Source: Acaryochloris marina MBIC11017
GTDB taxonomy: Bacteria > Cyanobacteriota > Cyanobacteriia > Thermosynechococcales > Thermosynechococcaceae
NCBI RefSeq assembly: GCF_000018105.1
Contig: NC_009925.1
Coordinates: 5,370,001 to 5,402,000 of the forward strand
Length of the DNA stretch: 32,000 nt
Direction of reading: 5' to 3'
In this document: positions 16,574-26,045 of the stretch, piece by piece
Numbering within the stretch: position 1 is the stretch's first letter
Layout of the letters: each line of letters starts with the position of its first letter
Made by a program: the position numbers and the translations under genes
Notes under the pieces: generated by a model
Databases searched by the model: none
What the model saw: the letters and a program-made list of their open reading frames with translations, nothing else
Told to the model about the DNA's origin: nothing

Positions 16574-18160
16574 ATGCAAACCACGATTGACACTCAGATT
16601 ACAGCGGTAACCGTCTATAGCCGTCAGGCCCAAATCACCCGCCAAGGCACAGTTGAGCTGACAGGCAGTGAGCAAGAGCTAATCATTCCTGATTTACCCA
16701 TGACCTTACAAACCGATTCGGTGCGGGTCTCTGGTTCTAGTACCCAGGCGGTGCAGTTGCTGGGGGTAAGGACAGAGTCCGTGGCAACCCTTGAATCAAC
16801 TGAGCCAGAAGTGGCCCGAATCGAAGCTCAAATTAAAAAGCTGCAGCGCCAGCAACGACGCTACCAGGATCAACTAGCGGCAGTGAAGCTCAAGTTACAG
16901 GCCGTAGAAGCGCTCAGTGCCCAAGCAATTCCAACCCTATCGAAGCAAATTGTCAAACAGCAAACCCTGAATGAGACTCACGCCCTATTCGAGTTTTGGG
17001 GTGAGCAATATGAAACCTATAGCGATGCAGTGACCCGTATTGAAGGCCAACAGGAAAATCTTCAGCAGCAGATTCAATTACTGGAAGACCAACTCCTAAA
17101 ACTACAAACCCGTCGTCCCCATGAGCGCTATCATCTCGTTGTCAAAATTGCTGCCGCAGCAGGTAGCCTGGATTTAGAGATCATCTACCGCGTCAATCAG
17201 GCTCAGTGGCGTCCCCTGTATGATTTGCAGTTCAATACCGAAACGGGTGTTCTGGGCCTGTCCTATCTAGCAGAAGTGGAGCAGACAACAGGAGAGAGCT
17301 GGGAGGCTGTCGACTTAACCTTATCCACTGCCAAACCTGGACTCGGTTCTTTACCCCCCAAGCTAGAACCTTGGTATATCAACTTACCCCAGCAGGTAGA
17401 AATGCTAAAACGGCGAAAGTCTACTGCACCGATGGCTGCAGCGTTAGAAGTTGGAGCCGACCTAAAAGCAGCTTCACCTGCTCCTCCCAGCCCAGCCTCA
17501 AAGAAAAAGGCCCAGGTGACAACGGCAGACATCTCCAAATCTGGGACGGTGGTCTCCTTTAGTATTGGGGGCAATAGTGATATCCCGAGTGATGGCAATC
17601 CCCATACCGTCACTTTGTCCAATCAGGACTATCCGGTGGACTGCCAGCATATTGCCATGCCGAGCCGGGTTAGTTTTGCCTATCTCCAGGCCACCGTGAA
17701 AAACCCAACGGACGGCGTTACCCTCCTGCCGGGGAAAGCGAATATTTTTCGCGATCGCATGTTCGTGGGCACTGCCCAACTAGACCATACAGCCCCAGGG
17801 CAGGAATTCAAGACCGATCTCGGTATTGACGAGGGATTGGGAATTGAGAGAGAACTCACGGAACGCCAGGTCGATAAAAAACTGATCGGAGGCCAGCGCC
17901 GGATTACCTTTGCCTACCGTTTAATCGTGACCAACTTTCTGGAACAAGCGGCCCAGCTCCAGCTCACGGAACAACTGCCCGTGAGTCGAGACGAACGCCT
18001 CAAAGTCCGACTAACCCAGAGCCAACCCCGAATTGAATGTGGCGAACTGGGTCAGTTAGATTGGACGCTAGCACTCGCTCCTCAGCAACGCCAGGTAATT
18101 GAGTATCACTTTACCGTTGAATATCCGCCGACAGAAACAGTTCAGGGCTTGGATATTTAG
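16574..18160 (+). CDS. DUF4139 domain protein (DUF4140 N-terminus; MuiA-like family)
   Basis: N-terminal block ITAVTVYSRQAQITRQGTVEL...IPDLPMTLQTDSVRVSG is followed by a coiled-coil (IEAQIKKLQRQQRRYQDQL...) and a long beta-rich C-terminus, as in DUF4140/DUF4139 proteins. I prefer the ATG at 16574 over the ORF-track start at 16514. Confidence 0.7.
   Translation: MQTTIDTQITAVTVYSRQAQITRQGTVELTGSEQELIIPDLPMTLQTDSVRVSGSSTQAVQLLGVRTESVATLESTEPEVARIEAQIKKLQRQQRRYQDQLAAVKLKLQAVEALSAQAIPTLSKQIVKQQTLNETHALFEFWGEQYETYSDAVTRIEGQQENLQQQIQLLEDQLLKLQTRRPHERYHLVVKIAAAAGSLDLEIIYRVNQAQWRPLYDLQFNTETGVLGLSYLAEVEQTTGESWEAVDLTLSTAKPGLGSLPPKLEPWYINLPQQVEMLKRRKSTAPMAAALEVGADLKAASPAPPSPASKKKAQVTTADISKSGTVVSFSIGGNSDIPSDGNPHTVTLSNQDYPVDCQHIAMPSRVSFAYLQATVKNPTDGVTLLPGKANIFRDRMFVGTAQLDHTAPGQEFKTDLGIDEGLGIERELTERQVDKKLIGGQRRITFAYRLIVTNFLEQAAQLQLTEQLPVSRDERLKVRLTQSQPRIECGELGQLDWTLALAPQQRQVIEYHFTVEYPPTETVQGLDI
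17751..17758. repeat. HIP1 octamer GCGATCGC
   Basis: Exact octamer read in the sequence. Confidence 0.9.
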
Positions 18161-18181
18161 TAATTTTGTTGCAGCTTAACC

Positions 18182-18901
18182 TTACTGAATAGCCAGTTGG
18201 TTTAACTGAACAAACTCCGATTCCATCAGCGCTTTCCATGCCAGTTTCACGCCAGGACTGTTGGGATTAGCCTGTTTTTGAAGCGCTAATTCATTAACAG
18301 CGTCGTACCAATAGCCAGCCTCAGCATAGACATCTGCCTTATTATCCGGTTGAGCCGCTAGCTGATTGGATAGCTGGGGGTTAGGTGGGTTATAAGTAAT
18401 CCATCCAGTGGCAGAGAGTCCCCGTCGGTCGTTGCCGGAACAGAGCAGCCGCACCATCCAACGGTAGCTCTTGCCTGCCTCTAAAGATTGAGTGGTTCCT
18501 TGCTTGGGCAAAGAGACACTCGCCAATCCGCCCTCACCAGAAATTTGGGCTGTCGAAGCATAGACCAAATCGGTAGGATTATCTTGTGCATCTACCTTGA
18601 ACAGGGAGAAATTAACATATTGGTAGGTATTGCTGGGAATAAACCAATAGAAGGTTGGGGTTGCAGATGCCGTCAAACCTACATTGTTTTTGGGAACCAA
18701 CGTCGTTAAAGTTGGGTTGCCGCTGGCTTTACAACCCCCGCCTCGGGTGGCCAGTCCCCGTCGATTTCCAGGCTTGCCAACGGTGCCCCCTGGATTAAAC
18801 CCGGCGTAGCTCGGTAACGCTTGTAAGCAAATTCCAGCAATGGATGCGATCGCAACACTTTTGGCTAACAAGGGCATACTTCGGGACAATATCTTAGACA
18901 T
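18182..18901 (-). CDS. DUF928 domain protein, secreted
   Basis: From the internal ATG at 18901 the protein begins with a signal peptide (MSKILSRSMPLLAKSVAIASIAGICLQALPSYA). DUF928-like blocks follow: GKPGNRRGLATRGGGC, LTTLVPKNNVGLTASATPTFYWFIP, GKSYRWMV, GWI, VYAEAGYWYDAV. Confidence 0.72.
   Translation of the reverse strand: MSKILSRSMPLLAKSVAIASIAGICLQALPSYAGFNPGGTVGKPGNRRGLATRGGGCKASGNPTLTTLVPKNNVGLTASATPTFYWFIPSNTYQYVNFSLFKVDAQDNPTDLVYASTAQISGEGGLASVSLPKQGTTQSLEAGKSYRWMVRLLCSGNDRRGLSATGWITYNPPNPQLSNQLAAQPDNKADVYAEAGYWYDAVNELALQKQANPNSPGVKLAWKALMESEFVQLNQLAIQ
18846..18853. repeat. HIP1 octamer GCGATCGC
   Basis: Exact octamer read in the sequence. Confidence 0.9.
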
Positions 18902-19167
18902 ACCGTCGATTGAGACCTCTATAGGACAAGACAAAATTTGAGTGGAAACTCTGGGGAAGGAATTGTAGCCTATCTCAGTCACAATGCTCAAGACAAAGCT
19001 ATATCTCCAGATTATGGGCACATTAGGGCTTGTGATTGACCTCTTGACTCCAGGAGTATTAAACGCATCCAAGTCATTCAGCCAACTCGCTGCCTTATTT
19101 ACTGTTCCCTAAAATTTAAACCGCTCTATCATTTTATCTGACTGGGTTTTGAGGCTCTGTGTTCCAG

Positions 19168-19193
19168 CTCACTGGCCTAATTAGGCCAGTGAG
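19168..19193 (-). terminator. 26-nt perfect palindrome / strong hairpin 45 nt downstream of the WD40 gene
   Basis: ctcactggcctaattaggccagtgag forms a 10-bp GC-rich stem (ctcactggcc/ggccagtgag) with loop taatta. No U-tract follows on the minus strand. Confidence 0.45.
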
Positions 19194-19237
19194 GACAGCA
19201 TGCCTGTTCACTAGATCTGTGGACATTTGAGCCCAGG

Positions 19238-20278
19238 TCAATGGAAAGCCGTTGTTGAAACAATCGGCCAAACTCTTACGGTGGCATCACTCCCTGAACT
19301 CACTAAGGTTTGGCTATCAGGACTAAATTGGATGGATTGCACTGACTTGGTATGTCCAACCAAATTCTTGAGGGGCTGACCGGATACGGGATGCCAAACT
19401 TTAATGGTGCGATCGTAGCTCCCACTGGCTAATTTACGACCATCTGGACTGAAGGCAACGGATAAGACAGGTGCATCATGCCCCTGTAGGGTATGCAGGA
19501 GTTTTCCTTGGGAAAGGTGCCATACTTTCATGCTCTGGTCTTCACTGCCGCTTGCCAGTAAAGCACCATCGGGACTAAAGGAGACCGAATGCACCGCTCC
19601 CTGATGCCCCTCTAGAGCAACACTCGGGGAAAGACTATCCCGTTGCCAGAACCTGACGACACCATCCCGACTTCCTCCAGCTAAAACCTGACCATCGGGG
19701 CTAAAGGCGAGAGATAAGACGACCGTAGAGGCTTTCTGAACTTGTGACTGACTACCCGATTTCAGATCCCAGAGCCTGATGGTTTTATCGGCAGCACTGG
19801 CAGCCAAGGATTTGCCGTCTGGACTGAGAGCAATCGCGGTAACATCATCTGCGGCATCTTCGAGAGTATGTAGGTGTTTACCCGTTTGTAAGTCCCATAA
19901 ACTAATACGGTTATCCCAGCTACCGCTGACGAGTGTTTGACCATCAACACTGATCGTTAAGGATGAGATGGCATCTTCATGGGCTTGCAGGGTTTGACGC
20001 AAGTTGCCAGTACGCAAATTCCATAGCTCAACTTTGCCGTCATAGCGTCCACTGGCCAAGGTTTCACCATCTGGACTGAGTGCGATCGCATAGATCCATA
20101 CACTCTGATTTTTCAATGTTTGAAGCGTCTTGTGAATGGTTGACATGGATTCAGACGGCACAGCTGGATAAGCAACCGTTCGACCCAGTTGTTCATGGGC
20201 TTTGAGCCCATATAAAGTGGCTGCAATAGAGAGCAAAAGAAACATAACCCAGTTACGTTTTTGAGTAGATTTAGCCAT
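19238..20278 (-). CDS. WD40-repeat protein (7 blades) with N-terminal membrane anchor or signal
   Basis: 346-aa ORF with N-terminal hydrophobic segment WVMFLLLSIAATLYGL. There are seven repeats of the pattern SPDG..L(A/V)SGS.D.T(I/V).(L/V)W. The purine-rich stretch aggaaaggaaag lies directly before the ATG. Confidence 0.9.
   Translation of the reverse strand: MAKSTQKRNWVMFLLLSIAATLYGLKAHEQLGRTVAYPAVPSESMSTIHKTLQTLKNQSVWIYAIALSPDGETLASGRYDGKVELWNLRTGNLRQTLQAHEDAISSLTISVDGQTLVSGSWDNRISLWDLQTGKHLHTLEDAADDVTAIALSPDGKSLAASAADKTIRLWDLKSGSQSQVQKASTVVLSLAFSPDGQVLAGGSRDGVVRFWQRDSLSPSVALEGHQGAVHSVSFSPDGALLASGSEDQSMKVWHLSQGKLLHTLQGHDAPVLSVAFSPDGRKLASGSYDRTIKVWHPVSGQPLKNLVGHTKSVQSIQFSPDSQTLVSSGSDATVRVWPIVSTTAFH
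20082..20089. repeat. HIP1 octamer GCGATCGC
   Basis: Exact octamer read in the sequence. Confidence 0.9.
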
Positions 20279-20334
20279 CTTTCCTTTCCTAGTGAGTACT
20301 TGAGGGTGATTGAGCGATGGTGAAGAACCATCAG

Positions 20335-20916
20335 CTAGTCTTTTTTGGAGGCTGTTGCCTCTGGAGCTTTCGATTGAGACGATTGCGCTTTCGATTTATC
20401 AAGGACATAGTTTTCGCGAATAACTCGAATCACAAATAAAGTCGTAATTATTCCAGTTATAAATAAAGAAGGAGGAGTAACCCAAGTCCAATGCCCCCAC
20501 ATTTTGTCGATCACATGCCATAGCAACAAGAACATTGCCAAATAAGTTAGCTTGTGAAGTTTTTTCCAGCTTTTTTTAAGCTTTTTTACACTCCAATCAT
20601 TAGAGGTAATCGCTAATAGAGCAAATATGAGAAAAGTAAAAATACCTTGACAGTAAATCCAGTAAGTTTGGAGATCTAGAAAGTCAAGTTCTCTCTTAGA
20701 TACCATCCAGTAGCCATGGATAACAGACAATAAAAAGGCAATAATTCCGAGCAGTCGACGCTGAATTAGTAATTTTTTAGGAATACCTGTTGTTTTCGTA
20801 GATGGGAATACAACCCTTAAGATGGTGGGTAATAGAGTGACGACATACAGCAGAGCAGCACTAAACCCAGCCCAGTTAGCAAGAGGAGGATAATCAAGCC
20901 TAAACATAGAACTCAT
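20335..20916 (-). CDS. ferric-reductase-like transmembrane domain protein (YedZ/MsrQ-like heme b membrane protein)
   Basis: 193-aa polytopic membrane ORF. It aligns by eye with E. coli YedZ/MsrQ as I recall it: RRLLGIIAFLLSVIHGYWM vs RRLLGLWCFAWATLHLTSY, and ITSNDWSVKKLKKSWKKLHKLTYLAMFLLLWH vs [32 protein letters not shown]. Confidence 0.7.
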   Translation of the reverse strand: MSSMFRLDYPPLANWAGFSAALLYVVTLLPTILRVVFPSTKTTGIPKKLLIQRRLLGIIAFLLSVIHGYWMVSKRELDFLDLQTYWIYCQGIFTFLIFALLAITSNDWSVKKLKKSWKKLHKLTYLAMFLLLWHVIDKMWGHWTWVTPPSLFITGIITTLFVIRVIRENYVLDKSKAQSSQSKAPEATASKKD

Positions 20917-21770
20917 TGCGTGAAGAGGTCAGTAAAATTGATGCTTTTCACCTTCTAGTTACATGATTGAAGGTTATAAAAGGGGATAAATCGATTTAAA
21001 ACCAAAAAAAAGGAAAGTAATCAACAAAGATAAAATCAATATCATTTGCCTGATTGATTGTTTGGATTTCGATGAAAATAATTTTAAGACAATTAAATAA
21101 GGCTATTAAGAATGAATTTAAATCAGTTCCTAAAATGTATCGGCCATACTATAAGATTGAATTGATTAGTCTTCTTATCTATCTGAATTGAATAAGTAAA
21201 ATACGCAAATTCTTTAAAACTTCTTGTGATGATTTTTTTGGTAGATCATTTATCTGTATTTCTCTACCAAAGATTACCGTCTTAATAAAAATTTTATGTT
21301 TTTCTGTAATTTAGTCAGTTGATGTTTGAGAATTTGAGGCTTCCATAAAAAACTTGGTTAATAGGTTATTATCGTCAAACAATAACCTCAAAGAGAGATG
21401 TATCAGTCCTGATCTAGGATAATGCGTGAAAAGTGACCAGCGTCTCAGAGTTCAGGCCACCCGCCTGACCATGAGTCGAATCATACAGATATAAATCATC
21501 ACTTCTGTCGAATCGGTTTATCGCTCGTAATCTTTTATAGGTGTGCTACTACCAGAGAGTCATACCGACTCGTGAGTAGGAGGATGGCGATTATCTTAGT
21601 CCCAAGCGGTTCGATGCTTATAGAAATGAGTGAGGCCACTGTCTATGCTGTGATGACTCGCGTAATGCTAAGGCGATTGACTGCCTAGAGATTCATTGTA
21701 TAAATGACCTCCTAGCCCCAGCGCCCCACTAGCTGATAAATCAACTCTCTTAAAGCCAGGAGATCAGCCA

Positions 21771-22043
21771 TTAGGAAACCAAAGTCTCTAATTTTGCCAG
21801 AACCTCGTCAATAACATTATCGGGGGATCGTTCAACAAAAATAGCACCCCGAGAGATGCAATCGATTGATTTAATTTGATCCACAAGCACAACCCCCCGA
21901 ATTTTCATTTGAGGGGTTAATTCAACTTCAAAAGGCCAACCCTTCTGGCGACTCATGATTGGGCAAACCAAGATTATGTCACTGTTTGAACTGCACTTCA
22001 CCTTGTTATAGACGAAAGCTGACCATCGTTGGTTAAATTCCAT
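21771..22043 (-). CDS. MazF/PemK-family toxin-like protein, N-terminally truncated (possible pseudogene)
   Basis: 90 aa from the first non-overlapping ATG. The blocks ILVCPIMSRQKGWPFEVEL...GVVLVDQIKSIDCISRG match the MazF core (CVPCTTQSKGYPFEVVL...ALADQVKSIAWRARG). The usual N-terminal strand of about 20 aa is missing. The longer 165-aa reading runs through the atpC terminator and overlaps atpC. Confidence 0.55.
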   Translation of the reverse strand: MEFNQRWSAFVYNKVKCSSNSDIILVCPIMSRQKGWPFEVELTPQMKIRGVVLVDQIKSIDCISRGAIFVERSPDNVIDEVLAKLETLVS

Positions 22044-22079
22044 AAAAAAAGAACTGAGCCCTGCTAGTGCAAGGCTCAG
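22044..22079 (-). terminator. intrinsic terminator of the atpD-atpC operon
   Basis: On the minus strand, stem ctgagcc/ggctcag (22073-22079 pairs with 22054-22060) has a 12-nt loop, followed by ttc and T7 (plus-strand A-run at 22044-22050). It lies 23 nt after the atpC stop. Confidence 0.7.
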
Positions 22080-22101
22080 AACAGTCAACAACCAATGAAA
22101 C

Positions 22102-22518
22102 TTAGATATTGACGACTTCGCCAGAGGCTTGAAGTCGAGCACGGGCGCGTTTGAAGTCACGCTGGGCTTCATAACGCTCTTGCTTATCTTCGCTTTGTTC
22201 TGATTGATCCAATCGAGCTTGGGCGGCAGATAGAGTGGAACGGGCTTCTTCCCGATCAATGGTGTCACCGCGCTCAGCGCCGTTCACCAAGATAACCACT
22301 TCATCGTTTTCAACTTCAACAAAGCCACCCATCAGGGCGATGGAAACCCAGTCTTTACCCGGTCGAACCCGCATTACGCCGACATCAAGCGCCGAGAGTA
22401 AAGGTGCGTGACCGGATAAAATACCGAGCTGGCCAGTGGTGCTGGGCAGAATGACTTCTTCAGCCGCAGAGTCCCAAACCGTTTTGTCGGCAGCAATGAC
22501 TCGTACTGTTAGTGACAT
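22102..22518 (-). CDS. atpC: F0F1 ATP synthase subunit epsilon
   Basis: 138-aa ORF with typical epsilon blocks: [43 protein letters not shown]. It lies directly downstream of the beta subunit gene. Confidence 0.93.
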   Translation of the reverse strand: MSLTVRVIAADKTVWDSAAEEVILPSTTGQLGILSGHAPLLSALDVGVMRVRPGKDWVSIALMGGFVEVENDEVVILVNGAERGDTIDREEARSTLSAAQARLDQSEQSEDKQERYEAQRDFKRARARLQASGEVVNI

Positions 22519-22527
22519 AATGCCTCC
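22519..22527 (-). promoter_or_regulatory. Shine-Dalgarno (GGAGG) for atpC in the 9-nt atpD-atpC spacer
   Basis: The minus strand reads taa-ggaggcatt-atg. Confidence 0.6.
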
Positions 22528-24057
<1,530 letters not shown>

Positions 24058-24190
24058 CTAAACCTATCATTTAAGGGACTCAACGTAAACTTTCTTTTCG
24101 GAATCCTAAATTTATCGTTGAGTATTTATCCTCATCTTCTTTCTGGGTCTGATTTAAAGGTCAATATATACCCCACCAAACCGGATAGAG

Positions 24191-25018
24191 CTACCCCCTT
24201 TCAGTCCGGATGGGCTCCGGTGTCCCTTGATTCCATAAAGTCTCAAAAGCAATGTTGAGCATTTCACCGAGTCCTGGATGGGTGACATTTAAAGCCGTGA
24301 AGCTGGGCGTTCCCGATAGAGGGTCTTGTAAAGATAGCAATGTAATCCGCTGGTCGAACAGCTGCATTTTGAAGGGAACCTTTTCCACGAAGCGGACATG
24401 CTGTCCCCAGGCTTGGCACTGGCGAATAAAGTCTTGGCTACTAGGATCTTGCCAGATGTTGTGTTCATAGATGGTGCGGTAGCAAATACCACGCTGTAGG
24501 GGATCTTTGACAAGCTTGAGGCCGTCTTCATGGCTCAGTAAAGATGGATAGGTAAAGAATACGCTGATCGACGATTGGGCTGATTGGGAGAGTTTGGCTC
24601 CACAATCCGCGATTCGATGGGGTTCGGACAAAACATCAATGTAGGCTAACGGATCTTGGGTGTTGTGGCCTTTGGTATAGAGCGGGGCAAGGGCGGCAAC
24701 AGCACGGTGAGTCTGCTGCTCTTGGCGCTGAAGTTTAGCAGAGAATTGCTTCTGTTTTTCTTGCAGCAAGGTGGGAAGGGCTTGGGACGGCTCCACGGCT
24801 TGGAAGATCCGCTGTCGACCGGAATGGCGTTCGAGACAGAGACCGCGATCGCACAATGATGCCAAGACATCATAAATCCGCTGCCGAGGAACTTGAGCAC
24901 GGGTCGCAATCTGCGCAGGGGTAAAATCCTGCCGATCCATCAGGGCCAGATAGACTGCGGCCTGATAGCGAGTTAACCCCAAATCTACAAGGTTTTCCAA
25001 GTACTGGGCATCGCTCAT
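24191..25018 (-). CDS. TrmB-family transcriptional regulator (N-terminal winged HTH plus C-terminal domain)
   Basis: 275-aa ORF with the N-terminal block LVDLGLTRYQAAVYLALMDRQDFTPAQIATRAQVPRQRIYDVLASLCDRGL, typical of TrmB-type wHTH. Confidence 0.72.
   Translation of the reverse strand: MSDAQYLENLVDLGLTRYQAAVYLALMDRQDFTPAQIATRAQVPRQRIYDVLASLCDRGLCLERHSGRQRIFQAVEPSQALPTLLQEKQKQFSAKLQRQEQQTHRAVAALAPLYTKGHNTQDPLAYIDVLSEPHRIADCGAKLSQSAQSSISVFFTYPSLLSHEDGLKLVKDPLQRGICYRTIYEHNIWQDPSSQDFIRQCQAWGQHVRFVEKVPFKMQLFDQRITLLSLQDPLSGTPSFTALNVTHPGLGEMLNIAFETLWNQGTPEPIRTERG
24845..24852. repeat. HIP1 octamer GCGATCGC
   Basis: Exact octamer read in the sequence. Confidence 0.9.
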
Positions 25019-25025
25019 TAGATGA

Positions 25026-25043
25026 CACCACTAAAGAGTGGTG
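25026..25043. promoter_or_regulatory. palindrome in the divergent TrmB-like / aminotransferase promoter region
   Basis: caccact-aaag-agtggtg, perfect 7-bp arms, within the 67-bp gap. It is a candidate operator. Confidence 0.35.
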
Positions 25044-25085
25044 CTATTTTAAAGTTCATCCTGAACCTTTTGCAAGTGCTGTATC

Positions 25086-26045
25086 ATGACACTCCTTACT
25101 CCACTAGATTCACTAACCACGGCTTCTGCTCCAGCATTTCTGCCCATTGCCTTTTTTGAAGGGGAGTTCTGCCCTTTCCCTGAAGCTCAACTTTCAATTG
25201 CGACGCACGCGCTTCACTATGGCACTTCAGTTTTGGGTGGGATTCGTGGACTACCTTCTCCTAGTGACTCCAACCAGGTTTTGGTGTTTCGCCTAGCGGA
25301 TCACTGTCGGCGATTGAGCCAGAGTGCTAAATATCTGAATACCGATATTGCCCCCATGGAGCTGGAAGCAACATTGATTGAATTTGTTCGGCGAAACCAG
25401 CCCCAGACTTCCTTCTATATCCGACCGTTGATCTACACTTCCAGCTTGGGCATTGCTCCTCGGCTGCATGATGTCAGCAAAGATCTATTGATCTATGGCC
25501 TGGAGATGGGGGGTTACCTGCACCAAGGGGGTGTGCGTTGCCGTATCAGTTCTTGGCTACGACAAGAGGATCGTAGTCAGCCCTTGCGGGGCAAGTCGAG
25601 TGCCGGATATATTGCATCGGCCTTAGCTAAAACCGAGGCGGTTGCATCTGGGTTTGATGAAGCAATTTTGATGAACGCTCGGGGTAAGGTTAGCGAGGCA
25701 TCAGCCATGAATCTGTTTTTAGTTAGAAATGGCCAGCTGATTACGCCCAGTGTTGATCAAGACATTTTAGAAGGCATTACCCGTGCCAGCATTATCACGC
25801 TGGCAAAGGATTCAGGGATTCCTGTTATCGAGCGTCCTGTTGATAAGTCTGAGCTTTTTATCGCCGATGAAGTCTTTCTTTGTGGCACAGCAGCGCAAAT
25901 TTCACCAGTGTTAGAAATTGAAACCTACAAGCTCCCAGCACAACGTCCTGTTTCAGACCAGTTAGGTAAATTGATACGAAACGTGATGATAGGAGCAGAG
26001 CAACGCTACTCCAACTGGCTCAGCGTTGTACATCTCAATTCTTAG
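25086..26045 (+). CDS. ilvE: branched-chain-amino-acid aminotransferase (class IV PLP-dependent aminotransferase)
   Basis: 319-aa ORF. Lys-containing block GKSSAGYIASALAKTEA resembles AKAGGNYLSSLLVGSEA of IlvE. Also present are the EGITR motif (ILEGITRASII) and ADEVFLCGTAA. Confidence 0.82.
   Translation: MTLLTPLDSLTTASAPAFLPIAFFEGEFCPFPEAQLSIATHALHYGTSVLGGIRGLPSPSDSNQVLVFRLADHCRRLSQSAKYLNTDIAPMELEATLIEFVRRNQPQTSFYIRPLIYTSSLGIAPRLHDVSKDLLIYGLEMGGYLHQGGVRCRISSWLRQEDRSQPLRGKSSAGYIASALAKTEAVASGFDEAILMNARGKVSEASAMNLFLVRNGQLITPSVDQDILEGITRASIITLAKDSGIPVIERPVDKSELFIADEVFLCGTAAQISPVLEIETYKLPAQRPVSDQLGKLIRNVMIGAEQRYSNWLSVVHLNS

Noticed and set aside
17263-17779. ORFs 17263-17622(-), 17371-17562(+), 17498-17779(-) inside the DUF4139 gene
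   Set aside because: These are shadow or off-frame ORFs in a low-complexity Ala/Pro-rich part of the real gene.
18902-19072. 57-codon upstream extension of the DUF928 ORF (and the antisense ORF 18488-18709)
   Set aside because: The internal ATG at 18901 yields a canonical signal peptide. The extension has no features and would bury the signal peptide.
19762-20331. Minus-strand off-frame ORFs 19762-19950 and 20113-20331 at the WD40 locus
   Set aside because: They are off-frame overlaps with a gene showing seven clear WD40 repeats.
21072-21191. 39-codon Lys-rich + strand ORF in the AT-rich spacer
   Set aside because: By a rough stop-codon frequency estimate, an open run of this length is expected by chance once or twice in this much AT-rich sequence. 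It has no SD and no family.
21604-21619. tRNA T-arm-like sequence aagc-GGTTCGAT-gctt
   Set aside because: It has only a 4-bp stem with an 8-nt loop. I could not build acceptor, D or anticodon arms from the flanks, so it is not a tRNA.
21635-21641. GCCACTG, reminiscent of the cobalamin-riboswitch core motif
   Set aside because: None of the other conserved cobalamin-riboswitch elements is nearby, and there is no downstream + strand gene to regulate.
22044-22268. Long (165-aa) reading of the MazF-like frame
   Set aside because: The extra 75 codons run through the atpC terminator hairpin and overlap atpC by 167 nt in another frame. There is no MazF-like sequence in that part.
24252-24909. Four alternative ORFs inside the TrmB-like gene
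   Set aside because: These are shadow or off-frame ORFs. The wHTH frame is the coherent one.
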